A DNA stretch of 64,000 nucleotides from positions 124,001 through 188,000 of the forward strand of contig JAXLNO010005853.1 of assembly GCA_038087875.1 (NCBI GenBank). The letters are read 5' to 3'. Within the stretch, counting starts at the first letter, position 1. The number at the start of each line of letters is the position of its first letter. The stretch comes from Malacoraja senta (lineage: Eukaryota). The position numbers and the translations under genes were made by a program. The notes below the pieces were generated by a model that was given only the letters and a program-made list of their open reading frames with translations, was not told where the DNA came from and made no database searches. Below, one piece after another: positions 1 to 10,944 of this stretch.

Positions 1-13
1 ATTTATGACCTTA

Positions 14-1560
14 CTAGACTAACTGGGACCCTTTAGGTCCCATTCTCACACGGGAGGGCTGGTCCCCCAACGCAATATTCCACCTCTCCACCAATTCCAA
101 TATTCCACCACTCACGCATAGCCCCCAACTGCACAGGCACAGCTGACCCTCTCATCCCCTCACCTCCCCACTCCGCCCCTTGCCCTTCCCACCCCCCATG
201 CACTCACTCCATCCCCCCCTCAAACCACCCCCTCCCCATCCACTCTTAGAGGCTCTCCGGCAGCGCAACCATTCCCTCCCATTGGGGTCCCATTGTGACG
301 TAGATAACGCAGGTATTACTGTGCAGGTGCAGCTGATGGGCACGGCAAGTGGAAAAGGGATTTATTAAAGCTTAAAATGTGAATAACTCTTAAAATATAA
401 CAACAATTTATATGTTAAAGAGGAGATTTATTCAGTCCATTCTTTCTTGTTGCATCTTTTGTTGCGTTCTGCAGCTGGGGGAGGGCGTCGTCTTCAGGCG
501 GGGGTTATCGGGGGCCGGTCGGGGAGCATCCTGCAGCCTGGGGAGGGGCACGGCTTCAGACGGTGTTGTTGGGGGCCGATGGGGGAGGGGGGAATATCCT
601 GCAGCCGGGGGAGGGGGTCGGCTTGAGGCAGAGGCCAGTGGGGGGAGCTTTCTGGAGGACTAGTATGGGTGTTGTGGACCAAAGTGACTGGTTTCCAGAG
701 GGCTGCCATGGCCTACCACTGCCGTGGCCTGCCGCTGGGGGGGGGGTGATGTGTGAGGGGAGAGGGTTGGGGGTGTGTGTGCAGGGGTGGTGAGACTTGT
801 GGACTCACAGTTCACTCACTCACGGCTTGCGGACTCACAGTTCACTCAGCCACATCTTGTGGACTCACAGTTCACACAGCCACAGCTTGTGGACTCACAA
901 TTCACTCATCTAGGGCTTGCAGACTCACGGTTCACTCAGCCACGGCTTGTGGACTCACAGTTCACTCAGCCACGGCTTGCGGACTCACAGTTCACTCAGC
1001 CACGGCTTGCGGATTCACAGGTCACTCAGCCACGGCTTGCGGACTCACAGTTCACTCGGACACGGCTAGCGGACTCACAGTTCACTCGGCCACGGCTTGC
1101 GGATTCACAGTTCACTTAGTCATGGCTTGTGGACTCACAGTTCACTCAGCCACGACTTGCGGACTCACAGTTCACTCAGCCACGGCTTGCGGACCCACAG
1201 ATCAGTCACTCACAGCTTGCGGACTTGCAGTTCAATCACTCACGGCCTGCGGACTCACAGTTCAGTCACTCACGGCTTGTGGACTCACTGTTCAGTCACT
1301 CACGGCTTGCGGACTCACAGTTCAGTCACCCACGGCTTTCGGACTCACAGTTCAGTCACTCACGGCTTGCGGACTCACAGTTCAGTCACTCACGGCTTGC
1401 GGAATCACAGTTCAGTAACTCACGGCTTGTGGACTCACAGTTCAGTCACTCACGGCTTGTGGACTCACAGTTCAGTCACTCATGGCATGTAGACCTAATG
1501 GAAGGTTTCAGAAAGCATGGGGACCTTTTTTAAATGCATTCCAGGTTTTGCAAATGCTTG
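14..1560 (-). mobile_element. Non-autonomous Helitron-like element A (3' end at 14; 5' end not resolved)
   Basis: The minus strand ends TGGGACC-TAAAG-GGTCCCA hairpin, GTTAGT, CTAG|T, the canonical Helitron 3' end. It contains an internal minisatellite and no RepHel ORF. Confidence 0.7.
790..1490. repeat. 30-bp minisatellite (TTCACTCAGCCACGGCTTGCGGACTCACAG), ~23 units in two variant blocks
   Basis: Exact 30-bp periodicity; the unit switches to TTCAGTCACTCACGG... at ~1200. Confidence 0.95.
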
Positions 1561-2252
1561 ATCATCAAGTACAGTTTAACAGCTTAACAGTCTATCCATT
1601 CACTTATCGTGGATTATTGTTGTGACAGGCTGATATTTGCATATGCTCACTGGCAATGACTGGGGAGTGATTATTTTTGGTATCTCGTTTTTTTGGGGGG
1701 GGGGTTTCATTGTTGTCTCGTTATATGTTGGCATAAGTTGTTTTTTATCTATTCTTTTCGTACACTCTATCTGTAAAAAATGGACAACTTTGCACTTTGT
1801 TATGTCTTGAAAACTAAACAATAAGATTTTGATTTTTTTTAAAAGGGAAGAATTCTTCAGGTTACTAGTTTTAAAAATGGCAGACCGATTTTCCTTTTAC
1901 AAACATGAGAAAATAGTCATGAGTCAAACTAATAGCCAGACAAGTCAAACCTGCTTCATCTTTGATGAAAATATAGCTGATATTCCATTGTCCTGCACTA
2001 TTCTCAAATCCACATCTGCAACTGTTCTCTTTCCTTCTACTCTCACCAGGGGAAAGGGATGAGAAGCATCTTCTTGAAAGACAGCACAGTGGTTCATCTG
2101 GTGGAGCTACTGCTTCAGGACGCAAGATAACCTGGTTCAATCCTGAACTCAGATTCTGTCTGTGTAGAGTTTGCACCTTCTCCCTATGAACATGTGGATT
2201 TTCTCCCACATCCCAAAGACAAACGGGTTTGTAGGTTAAATTGTCCTCTGTA

Positions 2253-4837
2253 TGGATAAAGTTCATGGATAAAGTTGTTATATGACAAGCCGACTGCCAG
2301 AATACTGACTAACCAAATACTCTCACCTAAATTTCAGCTATCCAGGGGCAATAGACAAGGGTGTGCATTATCACCCCTGTTATTTGCCCTTGCGATTGAA
2401 CCTTTAGCAGAAAGTATAAGAGTACATCCGAATTCATAGCAAAAGGATTTGAGTATAAGAGCAGGGAGGTTCTACTGCAGTTGTACAGGGTCTTGGTGAG
2501 GCCACACCTGGAGTATTGCATACAGTTTTGGTCACCAAATCTGAGGAAAGACATTCTTGCCATAGAGGGAGTACAGAGATGGTTCACCAGACTGATTCCT
2601 GGGATGGCAGGACTTTCATATGAAGATAGACTGGATAGACTCGGCTTGTACTCGCTAGAATTTAGAAGATTGAGGGGGGATCTTATAGAAACTTACAAGA
2701 TTCTTAAGGGGTTGGACAGGCTAGATGCAGGAAGATTGTTCCCGATGTTGGGGAAGTCCAGAACAAGGGGTCACAGTTTAAGGATAAGGGGGAAGTCTTT
2801 TAGAACCGAGATGAGAAAATCATTTTTCACACAGAGAGTGGTGAATCTGTAGAATTCTCTGCCACAGAAGGTAGTTGAGGCCAGTTCATTGGCTATATTT
2901 AAGAGGGATTTAGATGTGGCCCTTGTGGCTAAAGGGGTCAGGGGGTATGGAGAGAAGGCAGGTACAGGATACTGAGTTGGATGATCAGCCATGATCATAT
3001 TGAATGGCGGTGCAGGCTCGAATGGCCGAATGGCCTACTCCTGCACCTATATTCTATGTTTCTATGTTTCTATGAATATTCACGGATCTAATACTAAATA
3101 TTCTAATAATAAAATATCATTATATGCAGATGATGTATTACGATATATCACCAATTCACAAGTTAGCATTCCAAACATACTAAACCTTATAGAAGAATTC
3201 GGTTCCTTTTCAGGATATAGAATAAACTGGAACAAAAGTGAAATTATGTCAATAAAGCCTCAAGATCCGACACACCTTCTAAAATTCCCTTTTAGAATTG
3301 CTACGGAAAAATTTAAATATGTTCACGTAACTAGAAAATACACTTCTCTATTTCAAGCAAACTTTCCTCCATTAATTACCAAACTAAATGCCCTTATTCA
3401 ATTTTGGAAAACGCTTCCGATGTCTCTCATAGGCTGAATAAACGCCATAAAGATGAACTTCCTTCCACAAATCCTGTACTTATTTATCTCCCTAAAATTT
3501 TTTTTTTTAACTCGTTTCTCTGATCACAAACTTTATTTGGGATTATAAAACACACAGAATCCATAAACGACATCTATGTAAAGCTAAAGAAATTGGCGGA
3601 TTGGCTCTCCCCAATTTTTTGTACTATTACTGGGCAACGAATATCAAAAACGTAATCTATTGGATGGACAACACATGCCAACAGGTAAAATGGTTAATAA
3701 TGGAGAGAGAAGATTGTTTGCCTTTAAATATAGGCACGATTCTTCTCTCTCCAATAAATTTGAAGAAAACACTATATGAGAAAAATCTGATTATCCATAG
3801 TACTCTACGAATCTGGAAACAAGTGAAGTCAACCCATAAACTGAGAAATTTATCTCTTCTCTCACCAATTGCCAACAACCCCTCGTTCAAGCCGTCTATC
3901 TTAGACAAGACATTCATACACTGGGAAAGATTAGGAATTAAAAAATTGGGAGATCTTTATGAGATGGGAACTCTTCTCTCATTTCAAGAATTACAGTCGA
4001 GATATCATCTGAAAAGTAGCCAATACTTTAGATATCTTCAAATACGAGACTATCTGAAATCATATACCCAAGACTATCAATATATCGTTCCAGACACACT
4101 AGACGAATGTATGAATAGAAACTCGGATTCAAACAAGTTAATATCATACCTTTATAATACCCTTTTAAATATACAAACCACATCATCAGAAGTAATTAGA
4201 AGAGCTTGGGAAGATGAACTCGGCCTAACAATTTTAAAAGACAGATGGGAGGAAAGCCTTCTATATATACACAATTGGTCTCTTGCCGTTAGGCATTCGC
4301 TAATACAATTTAAAATACTGCATAGACTCTATTATTCAAAGTCTAAATTGAATAAGATCTTCCCAAATGTTTCTCCTATTTGTGATAAATGTCTCCTTCA
4401 GGAAGCAACTATAACCCATTCCTTTGCCTCTTGTATAAAGTTACATCATTTCTGGAGAGGAATTTTTGGAATTTTTGAAATTTTTTCTAAAACACTTAAA
4501 ATAAAATTGGACCCCGACACTGAACTGATCACTCTTGGTACTTCAGAAGCCTGTTCTGAGCTAACACTATTTCAAAGACGTTTCCTTAATTATGGCCTGA
4601 TTCTTTTTTTTTTCTTTCTTTTATCCACTCTTTGGCCACACTACTTTGGTAGTCTAGGGGTCCCATCTTTACACCTCTCACTTTTTCTCTCTCTTGTTCT
4701 TTCTCTTTTCGTTTCCTTTATTTTAAAGCTTAAAAGTTAAAATTGAAGCTGTACATTAACTGTATAATTATATATGCCGTTTGTTCTACTCTTGTACATT
4801 TGCTTCTAATAAATTAAAAAAATTAAAAATGTAAATA
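2253..4837 (+). mobile_element. 5'-truncated L1/Tx1-type LINE, ORF2 RT and C-terminus, frameshifted
   Basis: Translations [28 protein letters not shown] and QFKILHRLY...CDKC; A-rich tail; 15-bp TSD AAATTGTCCTCTGTA at 2238-2252 and 4838-4852. Confidence 0.92.
2434..3073 (+). mobile_element. CR1 LINE 3' fragment nested in L1
   Basis: LVRPHLEYCIQFWSP...GVQRWFTR; (TTCTATGT)n tail; the L1 reading frame VHPN|IHG is continuous across it (GAAT duplicated). Confidence 0.95.
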
Positions 4838-5150
4838 AAATTGTCCTCTGTAAATTGCCCCAAGTGTGTATTGGAGTGGATGTAAAAGCGGAATAACATA
4901 GAACTTGTGTGAATGGATGTTCAATGCTTAGCATGGACTCGGTGAGCCGAAGCGTTTGTTTCCATGCAATATCTTTAAAATAATCACATATCGGATTCTG
5001 TATCAGGCCATGGAGAGCCATACACATGGAAGTCTTGAATAATATCTCAGCAATCATCATGTCAGCCTAGCCCAGGAATTCAAGGCAGAGACTCGAGAAT
5101 GACCTGATCCAGTGGGAACTGCCTGCTACAGGGAGAAGACGAGTTGAAAC

Positions 5151-5391
5151 AGGGAGAGCCAGTGGATGTAGTGTACCTGGACTTTCAGAAAGCATTTGAT
5201 GTCCCACATAGGAGATAAGTGGGAAAAATTAGAGCACATGGTATTGGGGGTAGGGTGCTGACATGGATAGAAAATTGGTTGGCAGACAGGAAACAAAGGT
5301 TAGTGATTAACGGGTCCCTTTCAGAATGGCAGGCAGTGACTAGTGGGGTTCCGCAAGGCTCGGTGCTGGGACCGCAGCTATTTACAATATA
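5151..5391 (+). mobile_element. CR1 RT fragment, part 1 (continues at 14148)
   Basis: DVVYLDFQKAFD...[15 protein letters not shown]. Confidence 0.93.
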
Positions 5392-5399
5392 CTAGACTA

Positions 5400-6113
5400 T
5401 GTAGCGTGTTCGTCATTTCTATATTTTTTGTTTTTTTAATATGTCTAAGTGTTTGTTTTGGGTGTCTCTCGGTATGTCTTGTGTGAGGGGTGGTGGGGGG
5501 GAAAAGGGGGAAACTGTTTTTCAGTCACTTTCTCGACAGAGAGGCGACTTTTTCCATGTCGCTTCTCTGCCTCCCCTCTCACGGCCTGACAGCTTGGAAT
5601 GGAGCGGCCTTTCCCAGAGTCGGGCCCAAAGCATCAGCAGCGGGCGCAGCGTGGACTTTTCCATCGCGGAGTGGGGTGAACCGTTGCCGGAGGTTCCCAG
5701 AAAGGAGTGCTCCGATCGCTGGCCTGGTGACTTTGGCATCGTGGGGGTTGTGGTCTGTGGAGCTTCTACCGCGGGCGTGGCATGACATGGAGTTTGGGAT
5801 CCCTTGCCGGGGATTGCTGGAGAAGAGCTCCGACCGCCAGCCTGCGGCCCACAAAATCTTGAAGCCGTGGTCTCCGGTGGGAAAGTGGCCGATTCGGGCA
5901 CTCCAAGCCGCGGAGTGTATTTGACCGTCCCGACATCGGAGTTTTGATCATCCCAACGAGAGGGCCTGTACATCTGGTCGTCCGTAGCAGCGACTACGGA
6001 GGGTTTATGGCCCCAACCACAGATGAACAAAGGGAGGAGGACTAACTGAACTTTGTTGCCTTCCACCACAGTGAAAAATGCTGTGGTGGATGTTTGTGTT
6101 AAATTTTATTGTG
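5400..6113 (+). mobile_element. Unclassified non-autonomous interspersed repeat fragment inserted at the Helitron terminus
   Basis: Flanked by TACTAGACTA at 5390-5399 and 6114-6123. It shares TTGCCTTCCA(C/T)CACAGTG...CTGTGGTGGATGTTT with 35580-36310. Confidence 0.6.
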
Positions 6114-6317
6114 TACTAGACTAAGTGGGACCCATTGGGTCCCAGCTTCACACGGGAGGGCTGGTCACCCAATGCAATATTCCACCTCTCCACCAATTCC
6201 AATATTGCTGGCCAGGAAGGGGGGGGGGGTTCTGGAGCGCTAGTATGGTTGTTGTAGGTCAAAGGGACTTGTTTCCAGAGGCCTTGTATGGACATTGTCG
6301 GCCGAATGGATTCTTGG

Positions 6318-6480
6318 GCTGGCAGCTCCGTCACTGCGGCCAGGCAACTCAGTCACTCAGGCCAGGCAGCTCAGTCACTCAGGCCAGGCAGCTCAGTCAC
6401 TCAGGCCAGGCAGCTCAGTCACTCAGGCCAGGCAGCTCAGTCACTCAGGCCTGGCAGCTCAGTCACTCAGGCATGGCAGG
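6318..6480. repeat. 22-bp minisatellite (GGCCAGGCAGCTCAGTCACTCA)
   Basis: Direct periodicity; the mirror copy at ~21650-21870 has more units. Confidence 0.92.
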
Positions 6481-6757
6481 TTGGCAGCTCAGTATCTCGG
6501 GCCTGGTGGGCTGGCAGCTGAGAATGCCAGAAATTCTGCTGAAAACAGGTGACAGACTGTGAGAGAGAATGGGGAGAGGGTGGACAATCAATTTCAGACA
6601 TTTATCTTTTTTTACAGATCACAGCAATTAAGGAGGAAAGTCTATCCTTGCATGGATATCTGGAGCGCTAGTATGGGTGTTGTGCATTGAAGGGACTCGT
6701 TTCAAGAGGGCTAGTATGGACTGTGGACTGAATGGATTCTTGGACTTGCAATTCAGT

Positions 6758-6890
6758 GAGTCATGGCTGGTGGGCTGGCAGTTCACTGTCATGGCTGGTG
6801 GGCTGGCAGTTCACTTACTCATGGCTTGTGGGCTGGCAGTCCAGTCACTCACGGCTGGTGTGCTGGCAGTTCACTCAGTCACTCCTCCTT
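6758..6890. repeat. 28-30-bp minisatellite (TCATGGCTGGTGGGCTGGCAGTTCAC..), related to the 30-bp array
   Basis: About 4 units sharing TCA(C/T)GGCT(T/G)G...CAGTTCA with the 790-1490 array. Confidence 0.8.
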
Positions 6891-7299
6891 CCTTCACCCC
6901 CTCACTCTGCTCCTTGCCATTCCCCTCCCCCCCATGCATTCAGTCCATCTCCTCTCAACCTGCCCCCCCATGCACTCTTAGTGGCTCTCCGTCAGCACAT
7001 CCGTTCCTGCCTATTAGGTTCCCATGGTGATGAAGAACACGTAGGCATGGCAAGTGGAAAAAGGATTTATCAAAGTTTAAAATGTGAATGACTCTTAAAA
7101 TATAACAACAATTTAAATGTTAAAGATGAGATTTATTAAGTTATTTCTTGTTGTATTCTGCTGCTCACTGCCTCTGGATTACTCTTTGCTGTTGATATAT
7201 ATATTTTTAAAGACAATTTTGATATAGTGAGATTGAGCGGTCAAATGTTAACAAAGAAAATCTGAGAATTTACCTCAAAAGTCATCATGCAGTGGAGGC

Positions 7300-7530
7300 C
7301 TGTAAATCCAATCTCACAGCACTTGAAGCGGAGTGCAGGCCGCAAGTCCAACCTCACAGCACTCCAAGCAGTGTGAAGGCAGCAAGTCCAACCACACAGC
7401 ACTCCAAGCAGAGTGCAGGCAGCAAGTCCAACCTCACAGCACACCAAGCAGAGTGCAGGCAGCAAGTCCAACCTCACAGCACTCCAAGCGGATCCAGCAA
7501 ATCCAATTTCACAGAATTTCAAGCAGAGTG
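7300..7530. repeat. 40-bp minisatellite (GCAGAGTGCAGGCAGCAAGTCCAACCTCACAGCACTCCAA)
   Basis: AAGTCCA recurs at 7344, 7384, 7424 and 7464. Confidence 0.92.
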
Positions 7531-8028
7531 TACACACATACACTCACACCCACAGACACTCACACNNNNNNNNNNNNNNNNNNNNNNNNNNNNNNNNNNN
7601 NNNNNNNNNNNNNNNNNNNNNNNNNNNNNNNNNNNNNNNNNNNNNNNNNNNNNNNNNNNNNNNNNNNNNNNNNNNNNNNNNNNNNNNNNNNNNNNCACTC
7701 ACTCAGACACTCACACACACAGACCGACACACTCACACACTCACACAAACATACACTCACAGACACAGACAGACACACTCACAGACAGACACAGACAGAC
7801 ATAGACAGACACACAGACACACAAAAAGACACACAGACAGACACACAGACACACAGACAGACACACCCACAGACAGACACACAGAAAGACACACGCACAN
7901 NNNNNNNNNNNNNNNNNNNNNNNNNNNNNNNNNNNNNNNNNNNNNNNNNNNNNNNNNNNNNNNNNNNNNNNNNNNNNNNNNNNNNNNNNNNNNNNNNNNN
8001 NNNNNNNNNNNNNNNNNNNNNNNNNNNN
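7531..8028. repeat. (CA)/(CAGA)-rich microsatellite with N runs at 7566-7695 and 7900-8028
   Basis: Directly visible; mirrored by the (TG)-rich tract at ~20137-20630 with Ns at 20464-20621. Confidence 0.95.
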
Positions 8029-8745
8029 TTTTGAATACTCAAATGACTGAGTGCGGCGTCTCCACTCAGGGCCTTCCGCAGTCAGCAACACTTTCGCGTT
8101 CAGCACGACCTCTGCACTCACCGGAAATGACGCAATCAGCATGGCCTCATGGTCAACTCTGCGTGGTGCTCAGACGTGGCAGTCCTGTCCAACTCCTGCT
8201 CTCCACACCTCGAACATCTGGCGGTGAAGTGCCGTCCCTTCTACCTCCCAAGGGAATTCACCTCCATCATCCTGACCGCGGTCTACATCCCACCCCAGGC
8301 AGACGTCCGTCTGGCACTGGAGGAGCTGCACGCCGTGGTCAACAAACACCAGACGTCTTACCCCGAGGCGTTCACCACCATAGCTGGGGACTTCAATAAG
8401 GCAAACCTAAAGAAATCACTCCCTAACTTCCACCAACATGTCTCCTGCTGCACCAGAGGACCAAACACACTCGACCACTCAAGAATGCCTATCGTTCTAT
8501 CCCTCGCCCTCACTTCGGTAAATCCGACCATACCGCGGTGCTGCTTCTTCCTGCCTACAGGCAGCAATTAAAGAGCACATCCCCAGAGGTGAGGACAGTA
8601 CAGAGCTGGTCGGGGGGGGGGGGGGGGTGGTGCAGAGGAACAACTCCAGGACTGTTTGGAGTCTGTAGACTGGGCAATGTTCAAGGACTAGGCAACAGAC
8701 CTGAACGAATACGCCACAGTCATTACAGACTTCATTAAGAAGTGT

Positions 8746-9897
8746 TAAAGAAGGAACTGCAGATGCTGGTAAATCGAAGGTACACAAAAATGCTGGAGAA
8801 ACTCAGCGGGTGCTGCAGCATCTATGGAGCGAAGGAAATAGGTAACGTTTTGGGCCGAAACCCTTCTTCAGACTGATAGGGGGTGGGGAGAAGAAAGGAA
8901 AAAAGGAAAAAGGCGGAGGAGGAGCCCGAGGGCTGGAGGAGGGGAGGAGACAACCAGATGGCTGATGAAGGGGAGGGGACAGCAAGGGCTAGCAGAATTG
9001 GGAGAATTCAATGTTCAAGCCCCCAGGATGTAGACTGCCCAAGCGGAATATGAGGTGCATTTCCTCCAATTTACGGTGTTGCTCGCTGTGGCCATGGAGG
9101 AGGCCCAGGACAGAGAGGTCAGATACGGAATGGGAGGGGGAGTTGAAGTGCTGAGCCACTGGGAGTTCAGGTTGGTTATTGCGGACCGACCGGAGGTGTT
9201 CGACGAAACGATCGCCAAGCCTCCGCTTGGTCTCACCGATGTAGATCAGCTGGCATCTAGAGCAGCGAATGCAATAGATGAGGTTGGAGGAGATGCAGGT
9301 GAACCTCTGTCGCACCTGGAACGACTGCTTGGGTCCATGAATGGAGTAGAGGGGGGAGGTGAAGGGACAAGTGTTGCATCTCTTGCGGTTGCAAGGGAAA
9401 GTACCAGGGGAGGGGGTGGTATGGGAGGGAAGGGAAGAATTGACAAGGGAGTTACGGAGGGGGCGGTCTTTGCGGAAGGCAGACATAGGGGGAGATGGGA
9501 AGATGTGGCGAGTGGTGGGGTCACGTTGGAGGTGGCGAAACTGACGGAGGATCACTTGTTGTATGTGACAGCTGGTGGGGTGAAAGGTGAGGACTAGGGG
9601 GACTCTGCCCTTGTTGTGAGTGGGGGGATGGGGAGAGAGAGCAGTGTTGCGGGGTATGGCAGAGACCCTGGTGCGAACCTCATCTATGGTGGAGGAGGGG
9701 AACCCCCGTTCCCTGAAGAATGAGGACATTTCAGATGCCCTGGTGTGGAACGCCTCATCCTGGGAGCAGATGCGGCGTAGACGGAGGAATTGGGAGTGGG
9801 GGATGGAGTCCTTACAGGAAGCAGGGTGGGAAGAAATGTAGTCCAGATAGCCATGGGAGTCGGTAGGTTTGTAGTGGATGTCGGTAAGGAGTCTATC
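8746..9897 (-). mobile_element. Penelope-like element 3' half (RT thumb + GIY-YIG endonuclease + pLTR), minus copy
   Basis: ORF 8989..9729: CNRKRCNTC, YCIRCSRCQLIYIGETKRRLGDRF, GLNI; the pLTR ends at 8746. Confidence 0.93.
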
Positions 9898-10944
9898 ATT
9901 TCCGACACTTCCCTACCATTCCTTGACCTCACTATCTCCATCGCAGGTGATAGACTCCTTACCGACACCAGGGTTCCACACCAGGGCATCTGAAATGTCC
10001 TCATTCTTCAGGGAACGGGGGTTCCGCTCCTCCACCATAGATGAGGCTCGCACCAGGGTCTCTGCCATACCCCGCAACACTGCTCTCTCTCCCCATCCCC
10101 CCACTCACAACAAGGGCAGAGTCCCCCTAGTCCTCACCTTTCACCCCACCAGCCGTCACATACAACAAGTGATCCTCCGTCAGTTTCGCCACCTCCAACG
10201 TGACCCCACCACTCGCCACATCTTCCCATCTCCCCCTATGTCTGCCTTCCGCAAAGACCGCTCTCTCCGTAACTCCCTTGTCAATTCTTCCCTTCCCTCC
10301 CATACCACCCCCTCCCCTGGTACTTTCCCTTGCAACCGCAAGAGATGCAACACTTGTCCCTTCACCTCCCCCCTCTACTCCATTCAAGGACCCAAGCAGT
10401 CGTTCCAGGTGCGACAGAGGTTCACCTGCATCTCCTCCAACCTCATCTATTGCATTCGCTGCTCTAGATGCCAGCTGATCTACATCGGTGAGACCAAGCG
10501 GAGGCTTGGCGATCGTTTCGCCGAACACCTCCGGTCGGTCCGCAATAACCAACCTGAACTCCCGGTGGCTCAGCACTTCAACTCCCCCTCCCATTCCGTA
10601 TCTGACCTCTCTGTCCTGGGTCTCCTCCATGGCCACAGCGAGCAACACCGTAAATTGGAGGAAATGCACCTCATATTCCGCTTGGGCAGTCTACATCCTG
10701 GGGGCTTGAACATTGAATTCTCCCAATTCTGCTAGCCCTTGCTGTCCCCTCCCCTTCATCAGCCATCTGGTTGTCTCCTCCCCTCCCCCAGCCCTCGGGC
10801 TCCTCCTCCGCATTTTTCCTTTTTTCCTTTCTTCTCCCCACCCCTTATCAGTCTGAAGAAGGGTTTCGGCCCGAAACGTTACCTATTTCCTTCGCTCCAT
10901 AGATGCTGCTGCACCCGCTGAGTTTCTCCAGCATTTTTGTGTAC
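9898..10944 (+). mobile_element. Penelope-like element 3' half, plus copy (inverted partner)
   Basis: ORF 9878..10735 with the same GIY-YIG motifs. The pair is flanked by the 16-bp TSD CTTCATTAAGAAGTGT (8730-8745, 10945-10960). Confidence 0.93.
10848..10885 (+). ncRNA. Minimal type-I hammerhead-ribozyme-like motif in Penelope pLTR
   Basis: CTGAAGA-A-GGG(TTTCGG)CCC-GAAAC-GTT. The core boxes and stem II are present; stems I and III are very short. Confidence 0.5.

Larger units (their letters stand above)
2080..4980 (+). mobile_element. V-SINE split by an L1 insertion (5' part 2080-2252, 3' part 4838-4980)
   Basis: tRNA-like head and V-domain-like core (TTCTCCC...TGTGGATTTTCTCCCACATCCCAAAGAC...GGTTTGTAGGTTAAATTG). 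The sequence continues after the L1 into the GGACTCGGTGAGCCGAAG tail. Confidence 0.8.

Noticed and set aside
753-1533. Long ORFs with ACGLTVHSAT / LADSQFTQPR repeats (and mirrors at 28014-28826)
   Set aside because: Open in several frames only because the 30-bp unit lacks stops; they lie in a non-coding Helitron.
5441-6069. GC-rich overlapping ORFs (114-182 aa) conserved in both arms
   Set aside because: No recognisable domain; conservation reflects the duplication, and the sequence belongs to an interspersed repeat.
6288-7543. Regular 22-40-bp repeats as a CRISPR array
   Set aside because: Head-to-tail units with no unique spacers, no cas genes, and a vertebrate context.
7292-8399. Thr/His/Asp-rich ORFs across the N runs (and 19937-20827)
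   Set aside because: Microsatellite translations bridged by X.
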